NCBI GenBank assembly: GCA_016748015.1
Contig: JAAOMT010000009.1
Coordinates: 1,072,459-1,136,458, forward strand
Direction: 5' to 3'
Origin: Geosiphon pyriformis uo1
Taxonomy: Eukaryota; Fungi; Glomeromycota
Length of the DNA stretch: 64,000 nucleotides
Shown piece after piece: positions 1 to 13,935 of the stretch. Position 1 is the stretch's first letter. Each line of letters starts with the position of its first letter. Position numbers and translations under genes: made by a program. A model generated the notes under the pieces. It did not search any database and had not been told where the DNA came from. It saw nothing but the letters and a program-made list of their open reading frames with translations.

Positions 1-904
1 TTAATTGACTTGATTTTTCTAAATTCGAATAATACAATATGTATAACATCAGTTAATGTCTCAATTGAAATCTTTTTTATTATTATAACTTAATCTGAAT
101 ATATAGTTGATTTTTTGAAATTAGTGTTTATAATAATATTTTCAACTTTTATTGAATTAATTATCTGCACCAAGTTTGATTCAAAAGTAAATATAGCTTT
201 AATAATTTCAGCAAATTTTGAGAGGGTAGAAGTTTTTTCAAACCCATTGATTTTTGAAAATAATTTTTCTATTACTATAAGCTTTTCTTGAAAAAACTTT
301 CTAATAACATTATTTAAATTAATATTCAAATCAAAAGACTTTCTAATAAAAACAAGAACCAGATTTTTTAAAAAGAAGGAGAAATTTGATAAGATATTTA
401 ACAAAATATTATTATTATTATTATTACTCAAGAAGTTTATTTTTTTTAAAAATGTACTTAAAACTTTTTTGGTTTTAATTTGTGAACTTTTTGATGTTTA
501 GTTAGAATTTTTTCTATTAGAAATATAGTCTTTATTATAATTAATACTGGTTTTTTCTATTAAACATTCCTTTTTTATATTAATATTATTAGATTTAGTA
601 ATATTATCAGTCTCAAAATCCCAAGAGTGACTAGTTAAAGTTTCAATAAAAACCATCTTGTTATCAATACTGTTTTTTAAAACACCACTTTTTTTTTCTT
701 CCTAGGAAAAACTTGTTTGTTATTATTATTAAAACCAGAATTTTTAATAGACTTCTTTATAATAGTCATACTAGAATTAATAATAATTTTGTAGTCAAGC
801 AGAAAGAGTATAGATTTATTGTACTAAATAATTAAAAACTACTTTACAAAATTAGTATTCTTTGATGAATATTTAGATATAAGAGAGAAAAAAGTTTTTT
901 TTTT
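1..904 (-). mobile_element. LINE0: degenerate LINE, 5' UTR and start of ORF1; runs off the left edge of the window
   Basis: ORF 90..431 (KSFDLNINL...KLFSKINGFEKTSTLSKF) aligns with ORF1 of LINE1 (KSFTLDIDL...KIFSGVNGFGRASTPSKF). The 5' motif AAACTTTTTTCTCTCTT lies on the minus strand near 881-897. Strongly AT-shifted. Confidence 0.8.
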
Positions 905-1253
905 AATTTAAGTTATAATATTTTAAGTTAAAATTAATGTAAATTAAAATTTTATAATTTAATTTAACTTATTAAATTTTATATATAAATAAATTAAATC
1001 TTAATTTGGTTTTTTTTAACTTAAAAAATAACAAATAATTAAAATAATATATTTGTTATTAAAAATAAAAATTTTATTAATATAATAATCAAATATTTTA
1101 AATCAAATATATTTTATATACTTTTTACATATAAGTCCAAAATTCCCAAAAAAGAGTCTAAAGTTTTTTCAAAAGAAGTTTTTTACCATTCAATATGATA
1201 AATCAAAACCATTCTTCAATTACGAGGCCACTGTTGGCTCTGTTATTGCTGTT

Positions 1254-3053
1254 ATGAAGAAAACCATTAAAGCTTCTGGTTTTGAGGGTGGTTTCAAGAC
1301 TGTTGCATCAAGAAAAAAGAGGAAGGGAGGTGTGTTGGAAGAGAGTATTGATAATAAAAGGGTTGTTGCCAAAGCTCTTGGTGCTCATTCATGGGGTTCT
1401 GAGACTGATGACACTATGGAATCTGAGAGTATTGACATGGAGGAAGAATGCTTGGTTGAAGAAACCAGTGTAGACTATGATGATAATAGTACTTTTACAG
1501 AAAGGGATCCTGATCAAACACCAAAGGGTTTGCGTGTAAAGACCAAGAAAGTATTAGGAAAGCCACTGGATGTGATTGATTATGATACTGTCAATGCAGA
1601 AGATGATGTATTAGATGACTCTCTTTTTCTCTCACCCTCTCTTCCAGTTAAGCTGTCCATTCAAGTGCCTGTTCGTAAATCCTTCACTTTAGATATTGAT
1701 CTTGTAGCAGTGGCTGGAAAATCCTCTTAGGAAAAAGTCAATTTTGTCAGAAAAATTTTTTCAGGTGTAAATGGTTTTGGAAGGGCCTCTACCCCCTCAA
1801 AATTTGGTGAAATCATCTGGGCATCTTTCACTTCTGAAAAAACGATGATGGTAGCTATACAGTTGGCAAATGATTGTGATGTTGTGGTAAACACCGATCT
1901 TAAGCGCCCCATCAACAATCGTACAAATCAGGCAATTGTGTTAAAAGAAATTCCTGTGGGAACTTCCATTGAGGCAGTGCATACAGCCATTTCTGAATTT
2001 GGGTTTATTAAGTCAATCAAGATACAGTTGATAGGTTTATGGCAGAAAACAATTGTCAAATTGGAGGATCAAAATCAGACTGATCTCTTGGCGGCTGAGT
2101 GGTTCATTCTTATTGGAAAAGATGTGGTGTGTGTGGCCTGGACCAATGTTGACAAACAAACGTGGAATGCCAGAGATAAGTTTAAGGCTTTGCTTTATAC
2201 TCTTCTCATAGGCACCAATGCTCATGATCTTTGGAACTTCATTGGTTCGGTCAGTGGAAAAACATGTGTTATTGAATGCAATTCTGTCAGTTATGTCCAG
2301 GCACACTGTGCCACTGTGTGCTTTAATTCTGAGGGTAGCTTAATTCAGACAATGGCAAACACTCCTGTTATAAAAGATGTTGGTCTCTAATGGTCTTGTT
2401 TAACTGCTGTACTATGTTCGATTTGCAAAAAATCTGGTCATATTTCTTTTGCTTGTCATATTGCTGGTGCATTCTCAAGTCCTAGAAGCAAGAGAGCTCC
2501 TCTCTCAGCTCAGAATTGGTTCTATTTGGCTAAGATTTATGAAAAAAAATCTGCCCCTATTACTCGTTTTTTGGCTTTTGGTGGAAAAACTTGGGCCTCC
2601 ATGGTTGGCTCTATTCATTCAAGCATTTTTCTTGGATATGACTCTCAGCTTGGTTTCATTAGAAATGGTAAACCTCTTCCTCCAGTAGTAAATGATTTGG
2701 AAAAACATTTGGTTAACATTGAAAGCAGTCTTGTCAGCCTCATAGAACAAATTGGTAAGTTGGCTAAGAGGTTGAAATCATTCGTGCGGACAGTTTCCCA
2801 GCTTAGTCCTGGATGTCAGCTGCCAGTAACCCTTCCATCGCAGAATCAAGGAGAGGATATAGTAATGGGAGTGGGTTTGGGTGATGCCACTAGTGACAAG
2901 ACTGCTGCTGTTTCAGGTTCAACTGCCTCACCTAAGATTGTGAAATTGGAAAACATGTTGGAAGGTCTCTCTGCTTTGGTCATGAGCCTATCAGCACACT
3001 TGGATGGTTTGGCTTTAGTGGGTGGTGCTTCTTCTCTACCTCTTTTTCAATGA
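1254..3053 (+). pseudogene. LINE1 ORF1 (RRM-like nucleic-acid-binding protein with CCHC knuckle)
   Basis: ORF pieces at 1254, 1845 and 2526 share one frame (600 codons), broken by TAG/TAA. RRM-like IVLKEIPVGTSIEAV; knuckle CSICKKSGHISFAC. Confidence 0.88.
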
Positions 3054-6000
3054 GTAGTCTGGTATAGAAAATTGCCACATGTAATATTCATGGGTTGAAC
3101 AATCCTGCAAAGCAAAATAATGTTATTTGCTGGCACAAGGATATGAATAATTTGGTTTCTATTTTTACAGAGTCAAAGCTTAAAGGGAAAATTCGTCCAT
3201 GGTTGACTGGCAAATTTGATAGTGTTCAGGCTTTTACTTCTGGTCTGAATTCTGGTTTTTCGGGTGCTAGTGTGTTGATCATCATGAATTCTTCTTTAGC
3301 AAAACATGTTTGCAAAGTCTCTGAGGTGCCTAGTCGACTCCTATCTATCAAGTTACTTTTCAAAAATAAACTTTCAGTGTCTATTTTGGGGCTCTATGCT
3401 GGTGCTTTATTGGTGGTTTGTTTTTTTCAGACTGGTGAAATCAACTCTCTTATTGCCAAAGCCGTTAATAAGTCTTTTTTTGTCATCCTTGGTGGTGATT
3501 TTAATAAAAATAGTTCTCAAAAGTGTGCGAGTTTCAAAAAGTGCCTTGAGTTGGAGTTGATTAACTCTTTGATTGGAAGCCTAGCCATTAATATGCCCAC
3601 TTGGGTGAATTCTAGGGAAGTTATGAAAACTATTGATTATGTGTTTGTTTCACAGAATCTGGTCAATTTTTTGGTACATTGTGGTGTTTTGGACATTGGT
3701 GAATATTTTAATACAGACCACCAGGCTGTGTTGGTTTCTATGGGCCTGGGTAGTTTATTAGATACACACTTGTTTTCTTTTCACAAGCAGACGAATAAAG
3801 ATCATTGGAAATTTGATGTCAAAAATGCCAGTAAGGCTAAGTGGCTTGAGTTTAAGGATGCTATGGCTGCTAATACTACTATGTTTTTGGGTGCATTTGG
3901 TGATGCTGTGAAGTTTTCTGATCTTGGCACTATGTGTGATGTCATTCGCAAGATTATGATTCTCTCGGCTGGTGGTGCTTTCAAGAAAAGATGGTTCAAA
4001 GGTTTTGATACAGTTTGCAGTAAAGAGTCGTCTAGATTTCATAAGCTGGAGCTGTTGGTTTCCAAGCTAGTGAAGGCTTCTTGTTTGAGTTTTAGTGTCA
4101 GTTTTGCCTTGCTTTTGGGTACATAGAACAATCTTGACCCTGCTGGGGCTTTGACAGTAAGATCTATGTTCTTTTCTGGTGCTAAATTAGATAATATTTG
4201 TTCTGCTCTGGCCAAAGCGAGGAGGTTATACCACTCTTCTAAATTAATGAAGTCCAAGCATGTTGAAGAATCTCACATTAGGCAGGCTATTACCAATAGG
4301 ATGGAGAGTTTTGAATTGGATAAGAGTTGTACAATCAGAAGTGTGTTGGAATGTCCCTTTTGCAAAGTGGTTTTGGACCATCTGGTCATGGGCAATGAGT
4401 TAGTTCTTAAACCTGATTTGGTTAAGTCCAAGGTGGACACTATTATGGAAGGATGGACCAGAAAGCATGTGATGGTGGATGATATTTCTGATACTTGGTT
4501 TCGTCAATACCAACCTTTGGACTACGTTTTTGATGATGCTTTTTCTGGGATGATAAGTAAGATAGATTTTGATGAGTTGCATCATGTGATTAACAGTTTT
4601 CTTGATGGGAAAGCTGCTGGTCTTTCGGGTATCTTTAATGAGCTTTGGAAACATTGTGATAAGTCAGTTTTGGGCTTGCTTTTGGTTTTTTTGAATTTTT
4701 GTTTGTCTTGTGAGTTAGTGCCTGGTCCTTAAAAAGAGGCTTGGGTTTCGATGATCCCTAAACCTTATGAGTGAGAGGGTGTTTTCATGAATACTTATCC
4801 TATTGTCTTGATCAAAACAGCTTGCAAGATTCTATCCAAGATTCTTTCAGATAGGATCTCACTGGCTTGCAGCTTATATGATGTTCTGCGTGATGACAAT
4901 TTTTCAGTTTTAAAGGGTACAACAACTCAATCTCCTATTTTTGTGGTTGGTTCAATAATTGAGAATGCTTTGGAGAAAAACCAGGAACTTTGGCTTGTTC
5001 TGCAGGACATGTGGAAAACGTATAATTCGGTTGGCTGGGAGCATCTTGAGAGGAGCTTGGTCAAGATCAAAATGTGTAGTAAATTTGTTCGCTTTTTTGG
5101 TAGTATTCATAGGGACTGAACCAACCATGTCATGACAGATTTTGGTTTGACCAATGGTTACCAGGTATTTGATGGGTTGGATCAAGGTAAAGTTTTTTCC
5201 CCTCTGCTGTGATGCATATTTTATGATCCTCTTTTGTGTGAAGTCAAGTGTCAAGAGAGTGTGTATGGCTATAGACTCAATTCTCATTTTGTTTCTGGAA
5301 GTGGTTATACTGAGTCTCAGGCTGAGTTTTCTACTTTTCTTGCTGCTGAAGCCTTTGTTGAGGATACTATTTGGATTGGTAGCAGTCAAGTTGCTATTCA
5401 GCATATTCTCAACATTGCTAGTGAATTTTTTAGAGTCAATGACATTTCTATTAATAATGACAAAACTGTGGTCATTCCAATCAACAGCAGAGTTAGTGTT
5501 CTGTCTCTCTTTATTAGTGGTTTACCTATTTCTGTTGCCCATAAAGGGGAACCTCATTGGTATCTTGGTATTTTTTTGTCAACTAAGAATCTTTCAAGGC
5601 CTAGCTTGATTAAGACACATTCAGACATTCGTTTCTTTACTAATTTAGTTCTAAAGAAGGAGGTTTCAGATAAGCAGTTTTTGTATCTGGTGTTAGCAAT
5701 TCTCCATTCCATAATCGGCTACAAAACATAGTTCAGCTATATTCCTGTTGGTGTGTGCAATAAGTGGGATGCTCTAATTCGAAAGGGCTTGAAGCTAAAA
5801 GCAAGTTTTCCGATAGACTTTCCTAGTGATACTATTCACCATCCCTCTTTTTATGGTTTAAAATCTTTTTCACAGTGTCAATCTGAAAGTAAAATGACTT
5901 CACTTATTAGTTTTGTGAACTCTGGCAGGATTTTGGGGCATCTGTTCTGTCACAGATCGCATGACTTACAGGTTCTGTGTTGAAAGCCCATTCACTTTTT

Positions 6001-7729
6001 GATCTCTCCTACTCATATTTGCATCAGTGTTTCTAATAATTTCTTGGCTGGTATGGTTCACATTCTTTTTGATTGCAAGTTGTCTTTGGGTGGCTCTTTA
6101 GCCAGTGCTTTTTAGTTTCACGATGGGATTCCTATGTTTGCCATTCTTGGCAAGTCTTTGTTTTTCAAGTTTTTACCTTCTCTCCAGTGTTTTGGCATTG
6201 CCTTCATGAATCAGCTTTGTGATTGTCATGGCATTGCTTTTAGCTAGTACACTTTTAAACAGTGGAAAAGATTGGACCCTCATGGCCCAGTTTCTGAGTG
6301 GTTCAAACTTTCTGCTGCATTTCTTATGACTTTTTATTTATCTTCTACAGCCTCAGTTTGTGCTGGTCTTCTTAATTTTTGTGAGTCTGATAAGTTTGTG
6401 GCCACTTGTGGTTGTCTTTTCCAAGTTGATGTTAAAAGTTTATCAGTATATACAGATGGTTCTTTAAAGTATTTGGACACAGTTGATTGTAGAGCTGGGA
6501 CGGCTGCTTTTTTTGAAGACATTGGTTTGGGTTTGGGTGTCGGTGTTCAGGGTTTGGTGTCATTTACTTTAGCAGAATTACAGACTATAGCGTTGGCTTT
6601 GGAGTGTATGCCTGCAATTTGTTCTGTTAAGTTGTTTTTGGATAGTCAAGCAGCTTTGGATGCTTGTAGATCTGAGTTAAGCCTGATGTGCCCTGACTTT
6701 TACAATCAATGTTGGGTCGAGCAGTGGCATATTTGGAATGTTATTCACAGTAAGAATTTGAAAGTTAGTTGGCACAAAGTCAAGAGCCACTCCAGTATTT
6801 TGGGGAATGACCGTGCTAATGGTATTACTAATGCTGCGTCTCTATCTGGTTGGTTTCTTCTTTCTCATGTGGATGGACACTTTTTGTTGGCAGATGGTGG
6901 TGTTGTTTTTGGTAATTCTAGACACTTTGTTTAAGATGTTTATCATGCAGTTTGTCATGCACAATGGGAAGTCGGTTCTGGTTCTGAATTTCTGGCTAGT
7001 AGTTTGTATTCAAATGTTGACTGGTTCAGTTCTTCTGGGATTTGGCACCCTAATTTGCATATGGCCACTGGCTTCATTAGCAGGCTCACGGCTGATACTC
7101 GAACTTATTTAATGAAGACTTTGCACTGCCAGCTTCCTGTGGCTGTCTGGAAGCGCATTTATGATAAATGTTACCCTAGTGTCTTGTGTTTGTATTGTGA
7201 TGAGATAGAGGTTTCTGATCATGTGTTTTCTTGTATGGTTGATGATTTGGCTCATTGTCAGGTTCTGGAATCCAGTATGTCCTCTTGGAGGTTAGTTTCT
7301 GGGCTCTTTCTTTCCTCTTCAGTGGTGTTGCAGTTTATGTCAACCTGTGCTTTGGATTTGCTGGTTTCCTCAGCTTTCTACACGGGTTTTGTTTTTAATG
7401 GATGGCTTTAAGAGACTGTTGCTGTCTTCCATGATCCCAAGGTTGCTGGGATTAAAATTACTGATTTTATGCACTCTCTATGCTCCGATTTTAGAAATGA
7501 TATTTGGTTGGTCCGTGCAAAGCATTGTGCTTTTATGGAAAAAAATGATTTGATCCCAACAGACAAATCAATTTCCATCTCAGTTTTTGGTTTAATTTCG
7601 AGGTTGTCACCTGATATGGTCAAATTACTTGGTATTACTAAAGCCTTTGACATCTTTTTTGGCTTTTGCAAGTCTTGTTCATTTTTTTCAGGTATTGGTA
7701 ACATAGTTTCTGTTAATATAGTTGTGTAG
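3050..7729 (+). pseudogene. LINE1 ORF2: APE endonuclease - reverse transcriptase - RNase H - CCHC
   Basis: Single frame of 1560 codons with in-frame stops only. APE motifs TCNIHG, ESKL, GDFN, IDYVFVS, TDH. RT AFVED (FVDD in sister copies). RNase H VYTDGS, AELQ, LDSQ, KVKSH..GND. C-terminal CLYC..HVFSC. Confidence 0.95.
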
Positions 7730-7853
7730 TGTTGTCTTGACTGGCTCGAGTGGCTGGTCATGTGTGGTTAAGTGCATAATTCACACCTAGATTAGATCAT
7801 TTTATTGATGTATTGTCCTAGATAGTATTTGGACCTCACTCATTAAATGTAAT
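7730..7853 (+). other. LINE1 3' UTR, conserved structured element
   Basis: TGACTGGCTCGAGTGGCTGGTCA hairpin, CTAG..CTAG stem and terminal TTGGACCTCACTC, shared with LINE3 and LINE4. Confidence 0.7.
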
Positions 7854-7872
7854 AAAAAAAAAAAACATATAA

Positions 7873-9312
7873 TTTACTTAAATTAATTTAAACAATACTA
7901 TAAGTTTATTTTAATAATAATTTTATTATTTAAACCAGAAAATAATAAACAAAATTTTTACATATTAAATGTTATATTAAATATTTTATAAATATTAAAA
8001 AAAAAATTATATTATTTAAAAACAAAAAATACAAAGTTATTACTTATTATTAAATTATGTTTTTTAAAACAATTTTATAATTAACTTAAAAATAACAATA
8101 TTATTATTGTTAAAATATAATCTATTATATAATTTTTTTTAAATAATAATAAACAATCTTTTGTAAACTGTTTTTATAATAAAAGTTTACAAATTAGTTA
8201 AAAATTTATTTGTAAAATTAACAATTATATATAAATTAAAATATTATATTAAAAAAATATAAATTTAATTAATTTTAATATCAAATCTAATTTTTTAATA
8301 AGTATAATATTATTATTATATTGTTAACCAAAATAAGTTTTTTTTATACACAAATTAAAAATAAAAACTTTAAAAATACTATTTTACTAGCTATTTTATT
8401 AATATATTTATTTTTAAATATACTTAAATAATTTTTAACTTAAAATTAAATAAGATTTAAATTTTTTTTATTTATAATATTTATAATATAATGTTTTTTT
8501 AATTAATATTAGTTATAAAAATTTAATAGTACTAAATTTAATTCATATATAAATGTTTTAAAGAATTTAAATATTTAAATTAATTATTATAATATATAAT
8601 ATTTTAAAACTAATATAATTATTTATAATTTAATCAATATTAAAAAAACCAAACTATTTATTTTAATATTAATATTTTAAGATATAAAAAAAATACTGTT
8701 ATTTTATTGTTTATTATAAATATATTTAATAATTTTAAAAAATCATTCATAAATATTTTAATAATATTTATATTAATTGTAATAACATTAATTAATTTAT
8801 ATATATTAATAAATTAAAAACTATAAACTAATAATAAATTAATATTACCAAAAACTTTATAATTTAAAAAATTAATTATAAATTTAAAAAATTTTTGAAA
8901 TTAAGTTTTTTTTTACAATAAAAACATTTTTAATTAAAACATATATTTTGTTTAATTAAAATTATTCAATAAATATTATTCTAAGTTTTTTTTATAACAA
9001 AGTTTTTTTAAATATTAATAAAAAACAATTAAGATAATAAAAAACTGATTAATTTAATTATTAATTTTACAAATACAATTAATTTTTGTGATTTTGTTTT
9101 TAAAAACATTAATTTAAAATTAATAATCTTAAAAATAAAAAAAATACTTATACAAAAAAACAGTAGTTTTAACATAATTAATAAAATAAGTTTAAATATA
9201 ATAAAAATTTAAGTAAACTAAAAAACAGTTTTATAATTAGAGTTTTTTATATATTTAATTATTTAAAAAACAAAAATACATATGTAAAATAAATATATCA
9301 AAAAAACAATTA
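7873..9312. other. Extremely AT-rich spacer, possibly an end-stage mutated LINE ORF2 remnant
   Basis: Almost no G/C. Only faint residual similarity to the RT/post-RT region on the + strand. Confidence 0.3.
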
Positions 9313-9322
9313 TTAAATATAA

Positions 9323-12300
9323 TTTTTTTTTAATTTATTTACGAATACAGTCCAATTACTATCTAAAAAAATACAATCATACAAAATTTTAAATTAAATA
9401 TGATTCATGCTTTTTGTACATATAACTAATTACTTAGACTAATTTAAATAATATTATATATTTAAATTATAAACTATGGAAAAATTATACAAAAAACCAA
9501 AACATAATTCAGACAAACTTAAATACAATCTAAAATAAACATATATATTCAATTTGATACTAAAATTGCAAACCAAATCAAAAGATTATAAAGATAATAA
9601 ACCAAAAATTGACAAAGTATTAAATTTATTATATGACAAAAAATCATGCTTTTTATAATATATCTTTAATCTAATAATTAGCAACTATATAATAGACTTA
9701 TAACTTTTAACAAACTTATATACTAACTCAATAATTAATATACTATTATTAGATTTTATATTTAGCATACTTACTGTATTAGCTATTTATTTTTTTATTA
9801 TAAAACTTTTAATTAAGAATGTGTATAAACAATCACAAAATACAGCTTTATATAAAAACTGTATCATTTTAGAATTAGCAGCAAAAACACTTAACAAATC
9901 AATTTATTTTTGAATTGTATTTGAAATTAGTTTTTTTTGTCATAAATATTTTAAATATACACAAATATATAATTAAAGTTCTTAATTATTTTATATTAGA
10001 TATAGACTATACTAAAGTATTTTGAATTATACAATTTTTTTTTCTTAATTACAGACAGATAATAGTATAGAGCTTTTATAAAATAAGACTATAGTATTGC
10101 AGACAAAAAACTGGTAAAGCCAAAGCATATTAGACCATCAAAGTACTATATACTAAAAATTTTATACATATTAAAAAAATTACAAAAATTTGTATCTATA
10201 ACATTATTAACATACTTGAATTTTCAACTAATAAAATTGACAATATATAAATATTTTTAAAAACAGATCTGCTTTTAATACTAAAAAAATAACAAAACAT
10301 TTAAATTACTATTGTAAATTCAGATACAATAATAGTATTAGCAAAAAAATTAATATATTTATTGTTAAGAACACAAAAATAATTTTTAACTTTTTTTTAA
10401 GCAATTAATAAATCTTTAGCTACAATAATTTAATATATATATTCTTTTTTTATTTAGCATTTATTATAAAAATTGGAACCAAAATATTTTTTACCAGAAT
10501 TACATATATTTAATAATGTTTAATTGTTCAAAAACAATGTAATTAAACTAAAAATTGGCACATATTCCAAAATAAAAATAAGAATAATAGTCTATAGTTT
10601 TATCAAAGTTGAAAAAAGCAAATTATATAACTTAATTTTAATATTCATGTTAATATTAGAAAAATAAGCAGTTATACTATTATAAATGTTTACAAATTTC
10701 AAATATTTGATTAAACTGTTCATATAAATATTTATATTATTTAACTCAGATTTATATATATATTTATTAACATAATTAAAATTATAAAAACTACTAAATT
10801 AAAATATGTAAAAAGCCAAAACTTTATTAATAGCCAGATTACTATTTTTAATAAACTTAATAAGCAAGCTAAACCAGCCAGAAACTAGGTCTTTAGAATT
10901 TAGTCTTTTTTATTTATAAAAAGTTTTCTATATAAAACACATATCATAATAGTTTAGAAGTTGTGAAAACAATTTTAAATCTTCTTAAAAAACTTACTAT
11001 ATTTATATATCAAATTAAGCCCAAAATATTTACAACAGCAATTTCAATTCTAGCACAAAAAATATTAAGAAGGTTATACTTAAAGACAAATTGCATAAAG
11101 TAAAAATACATATCATATTTGTTAGGACTTAAATAAATTACTGATAATATTTTTTGTATTGGTAAAAATAATTAAATTAACCAATAAATTTTCTGTCTGT
11201 ATTTGCCCAAAAGTCTTAAGATTATATAATTTAAGGTAATAGATTGCTTTATTAAGAAAGTTCTTTGGCAAATTAACCTTAAATTTCAGCTGTTTTTTTA
11301 GCATTTTATCTTATTTTTCATATATATTTGCTAAAACATAACTAAATTGCAGTCTGTATTTAATTATAGATTAGAAAACTATTAATACTAAATACAAAAA
11401 TTGCTTATTTAAAATAGCTTTTCTTAAGACCAAATTTAAAAAAAATCTTATATTTAAATAAGCTTTGATTATACTTGGCTTGAAAAAACTATTAATAAAC
11501 AAAAAAATACTTAAGTATTTATAAGATTTGTCTTTTTTTACCACCGAAATTTCTAAACTACTTATTGACAATAATAGATTTTTTGTCTCTTGATTAATAA
11601 ATATAATGACTATTTTATCTGTATTAATTAAAATATTATTAATTTAAAAAAATTCATAACAATATTCAAGATATATTAAATTATAACTATACTATTGTCA
11701 ATTCAAATTGTATTATCCACAAAAGTCTCAGTTATTAAAAAAAATGTTTTTTTACTTTTAATATTCTGCTTACTAGTCCTTATAAAAAACTTTGAATTTA
11801 TTCTGTAACTATACAAATAATCATGTCTTTTAATCTTATAAAACAAAAAATTATAAAATATTTTTTACAATAGTAAAAAAAAGATTTCTTTTTAATTTAG
11901 GTTATTATAAACTATATACCCTTCTATAAACCCAAAATTTATCATTATCTAATTGTACCTATTTTGTGAATTCTTTCAAAAAACTCAATAAAGTGTAAAC
12001 ACATTTTAATTTTAATTAAATTATTATGCAAATAAGATCAACCAACTAAATTATATGCTTTTTGCATATTTTAAAAGACAAACTACAGTTCTTTACTCTT
12101 TTTTAAGGCATTTTTAATAACAAAACCAATAATAAAAATTGGTATTTGTGTAAAAGTAATTTTCAAAACTGAAAAATTGTTATTATGCAAAATTTTATAC
12201 TTATTATATAACAAAGAGATCTTATTAGAAAAAATTTAAAAAAAAATTTTTATGTTGTTTTAATCAAAGCTATTAGTCTGATATTAATTAAAGTTTTTTT

Positions 12301-12568
12301 TAGTTATATAGTTTTGAAATTATAAAAACTCAGACTTTTTTTTAATGTGTAAAAACTAAGTCTAAAATTAAATATATATTAAAAATATTTAATAAACTAT
12401 TTAATACTTAAACATTATTATGTTTATAGTTTATTAAAAATACCAAATAAGTTAGTAGTCTTTTTATTAATCAATTCTTTAATTATATACAATAATTTAT
12501 TAATTTTAATATAATTTATAATCTTTAAAAATGGATTATTTTTGATATGTTTTAAAAAAACATACTGG
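9323..12568 (-). mobile_element. LINE2 segment 1 (3' end, RNase H and RT part of ORF2), heavily degenerate
   Basis: Poly(T) at 9323-9331, followed by the reverse complement of the family 3' motif. ORF remnants KKDKSYKYLSIFLFINSFFKPSIIKAYLNIRFFLNLVLRKAILNKQFLYLV match ORF2. Interrupted by LTR element A. Confidence 0.88.
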
Positions 12569-13497
12569 TGTTACAGATAATTATTCAAGGTCTCAAAGCA
12601 AATAACAAATCTGTAACTTGGTGCTTAATGGCTAATCTCATTGTTAATATTTAAAGATTGTTTGTATTTGAAGGTTGTTTGTATCTGAAGATTTTGGTTA
12701 AGTTTTTTGTATAATAAACAGAAATTTAAGAGTATTTTAATAGTCTCCTGGAATCGCAATTCTGTTGAATTTCTTTCTTAGTGTGGTGGCTAGTAATTTG
12801 GCAAAAATGCCCTTCTGGTAAGCTAACCTTAAATTATCAAACTTTATATCTTTCTTTTGGAGTCTTTTACCAGACTTATCCTTGATGTCAATAATTCAGT
12901 GCTTAATCTCTTTAATCAGTAGTAAATCAACAAACAAAAGAAAATAAAATAAAATAAAATAAAAGAAAATAAAAGAAAATAAAAAGAAAATAAGAAATTA
13001 GTATTTCATCAATAGCCATAATCAAGAGTTATTATTCCAGTGTGGTTAAGTGTTGAATTTTATCAACATAAAGTATTGATAAATAGAAGAGTAATTAGAT
13101 TTTTAAACAAATAACAATAACATGAATTTGAAAAATTGAAAAGATATTTTATTGATATAATTTTATTTTAGTTAATAGCAACTATTCTTGAAATGAGAGT
13201 TAATAAATAGAGAAGAAAAGAAATTGTTCTAAATTAATAAAACTCTATTGAATTCTCTAGAAATTGCTTTTTCTGCTTTTAACACTCTTACTATATATAT
13301 ATAATTTATGTTATACAAGATTCCTTGAATTTCTCAATTCTCTAGCCAGAAATTCTGTAATTCTTCATATGGGAATCCTGTAATTCTGGAATCCTGCAAT
13401 TTCTCTAAGAAAAATTCTGAAATTCTACTTTTACTACGTCTATTCTAATTGGCTAATTTATGTACTAATATTTAATTTTTATATTTTATAAGTAATA
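12569..13497 (-). repeat. Element A 3' LTR
   Basis: TGTTACAG...AGTAATA; direct repeat of 35023-35912. Confidence 0.9.
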
Positions 13498-13935
13498 TTA
13501 TTCTCTTCTTTAATATTAAGCTTTTGTAAAATCTTCTAAATTTCTCTTTTGTATCAATGTTGTTGCTGTAATTTCTATTGTTATTTTTAAATCTAATTTT
13601 ATACATAACTGGGGTTTTTAACTATAGTGGTCTGTCCAAAATATCCAAGTTCAAATCTTACATCTGTATTATGTATATGTTCAAACATAATGCCCTCATT
13701 ATTATTATTGAATTTAGTTAATTTTTGCTCTATTGTAAGATCTAAAAGCATGATATATTGTTTGGTGTTTGAAGTGGAGTTTGAATTTGTTGTTGGCTGA
13801 GTTTGAATTGTTATTGTTATTTAGTAAAGTTTAAATTGTTGTTATTATTAGTAGAGTTTGAATTAGGATTAAGTTCCAATTCCAATTTCCATTTGTTCTC
13901 GCTGATTGGCTCTTTTTTGAATATATGATGTATGA

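Larger units (their letters stand above)
1135..7864 (+). mobile_element. LINE1: essentially full-length non-LTR retrotransposon with RNase H, inactivated by point mutations
   Basis: Two long frames with no frameshifts, a 3' UTR and poly(A) at ~7854-7865. Candidate TSD ACATATAA at 1127-1134 and 7865-7872. The 5' boundary could be ~15 bp further left. Confidence 0.95.

Noticed and set aside
1254-7729. Alternative genetic code or stop readthrough
   Set aside because: All three stop types occur, at different positions in sister copies, at codons one transition from Q, R or W.
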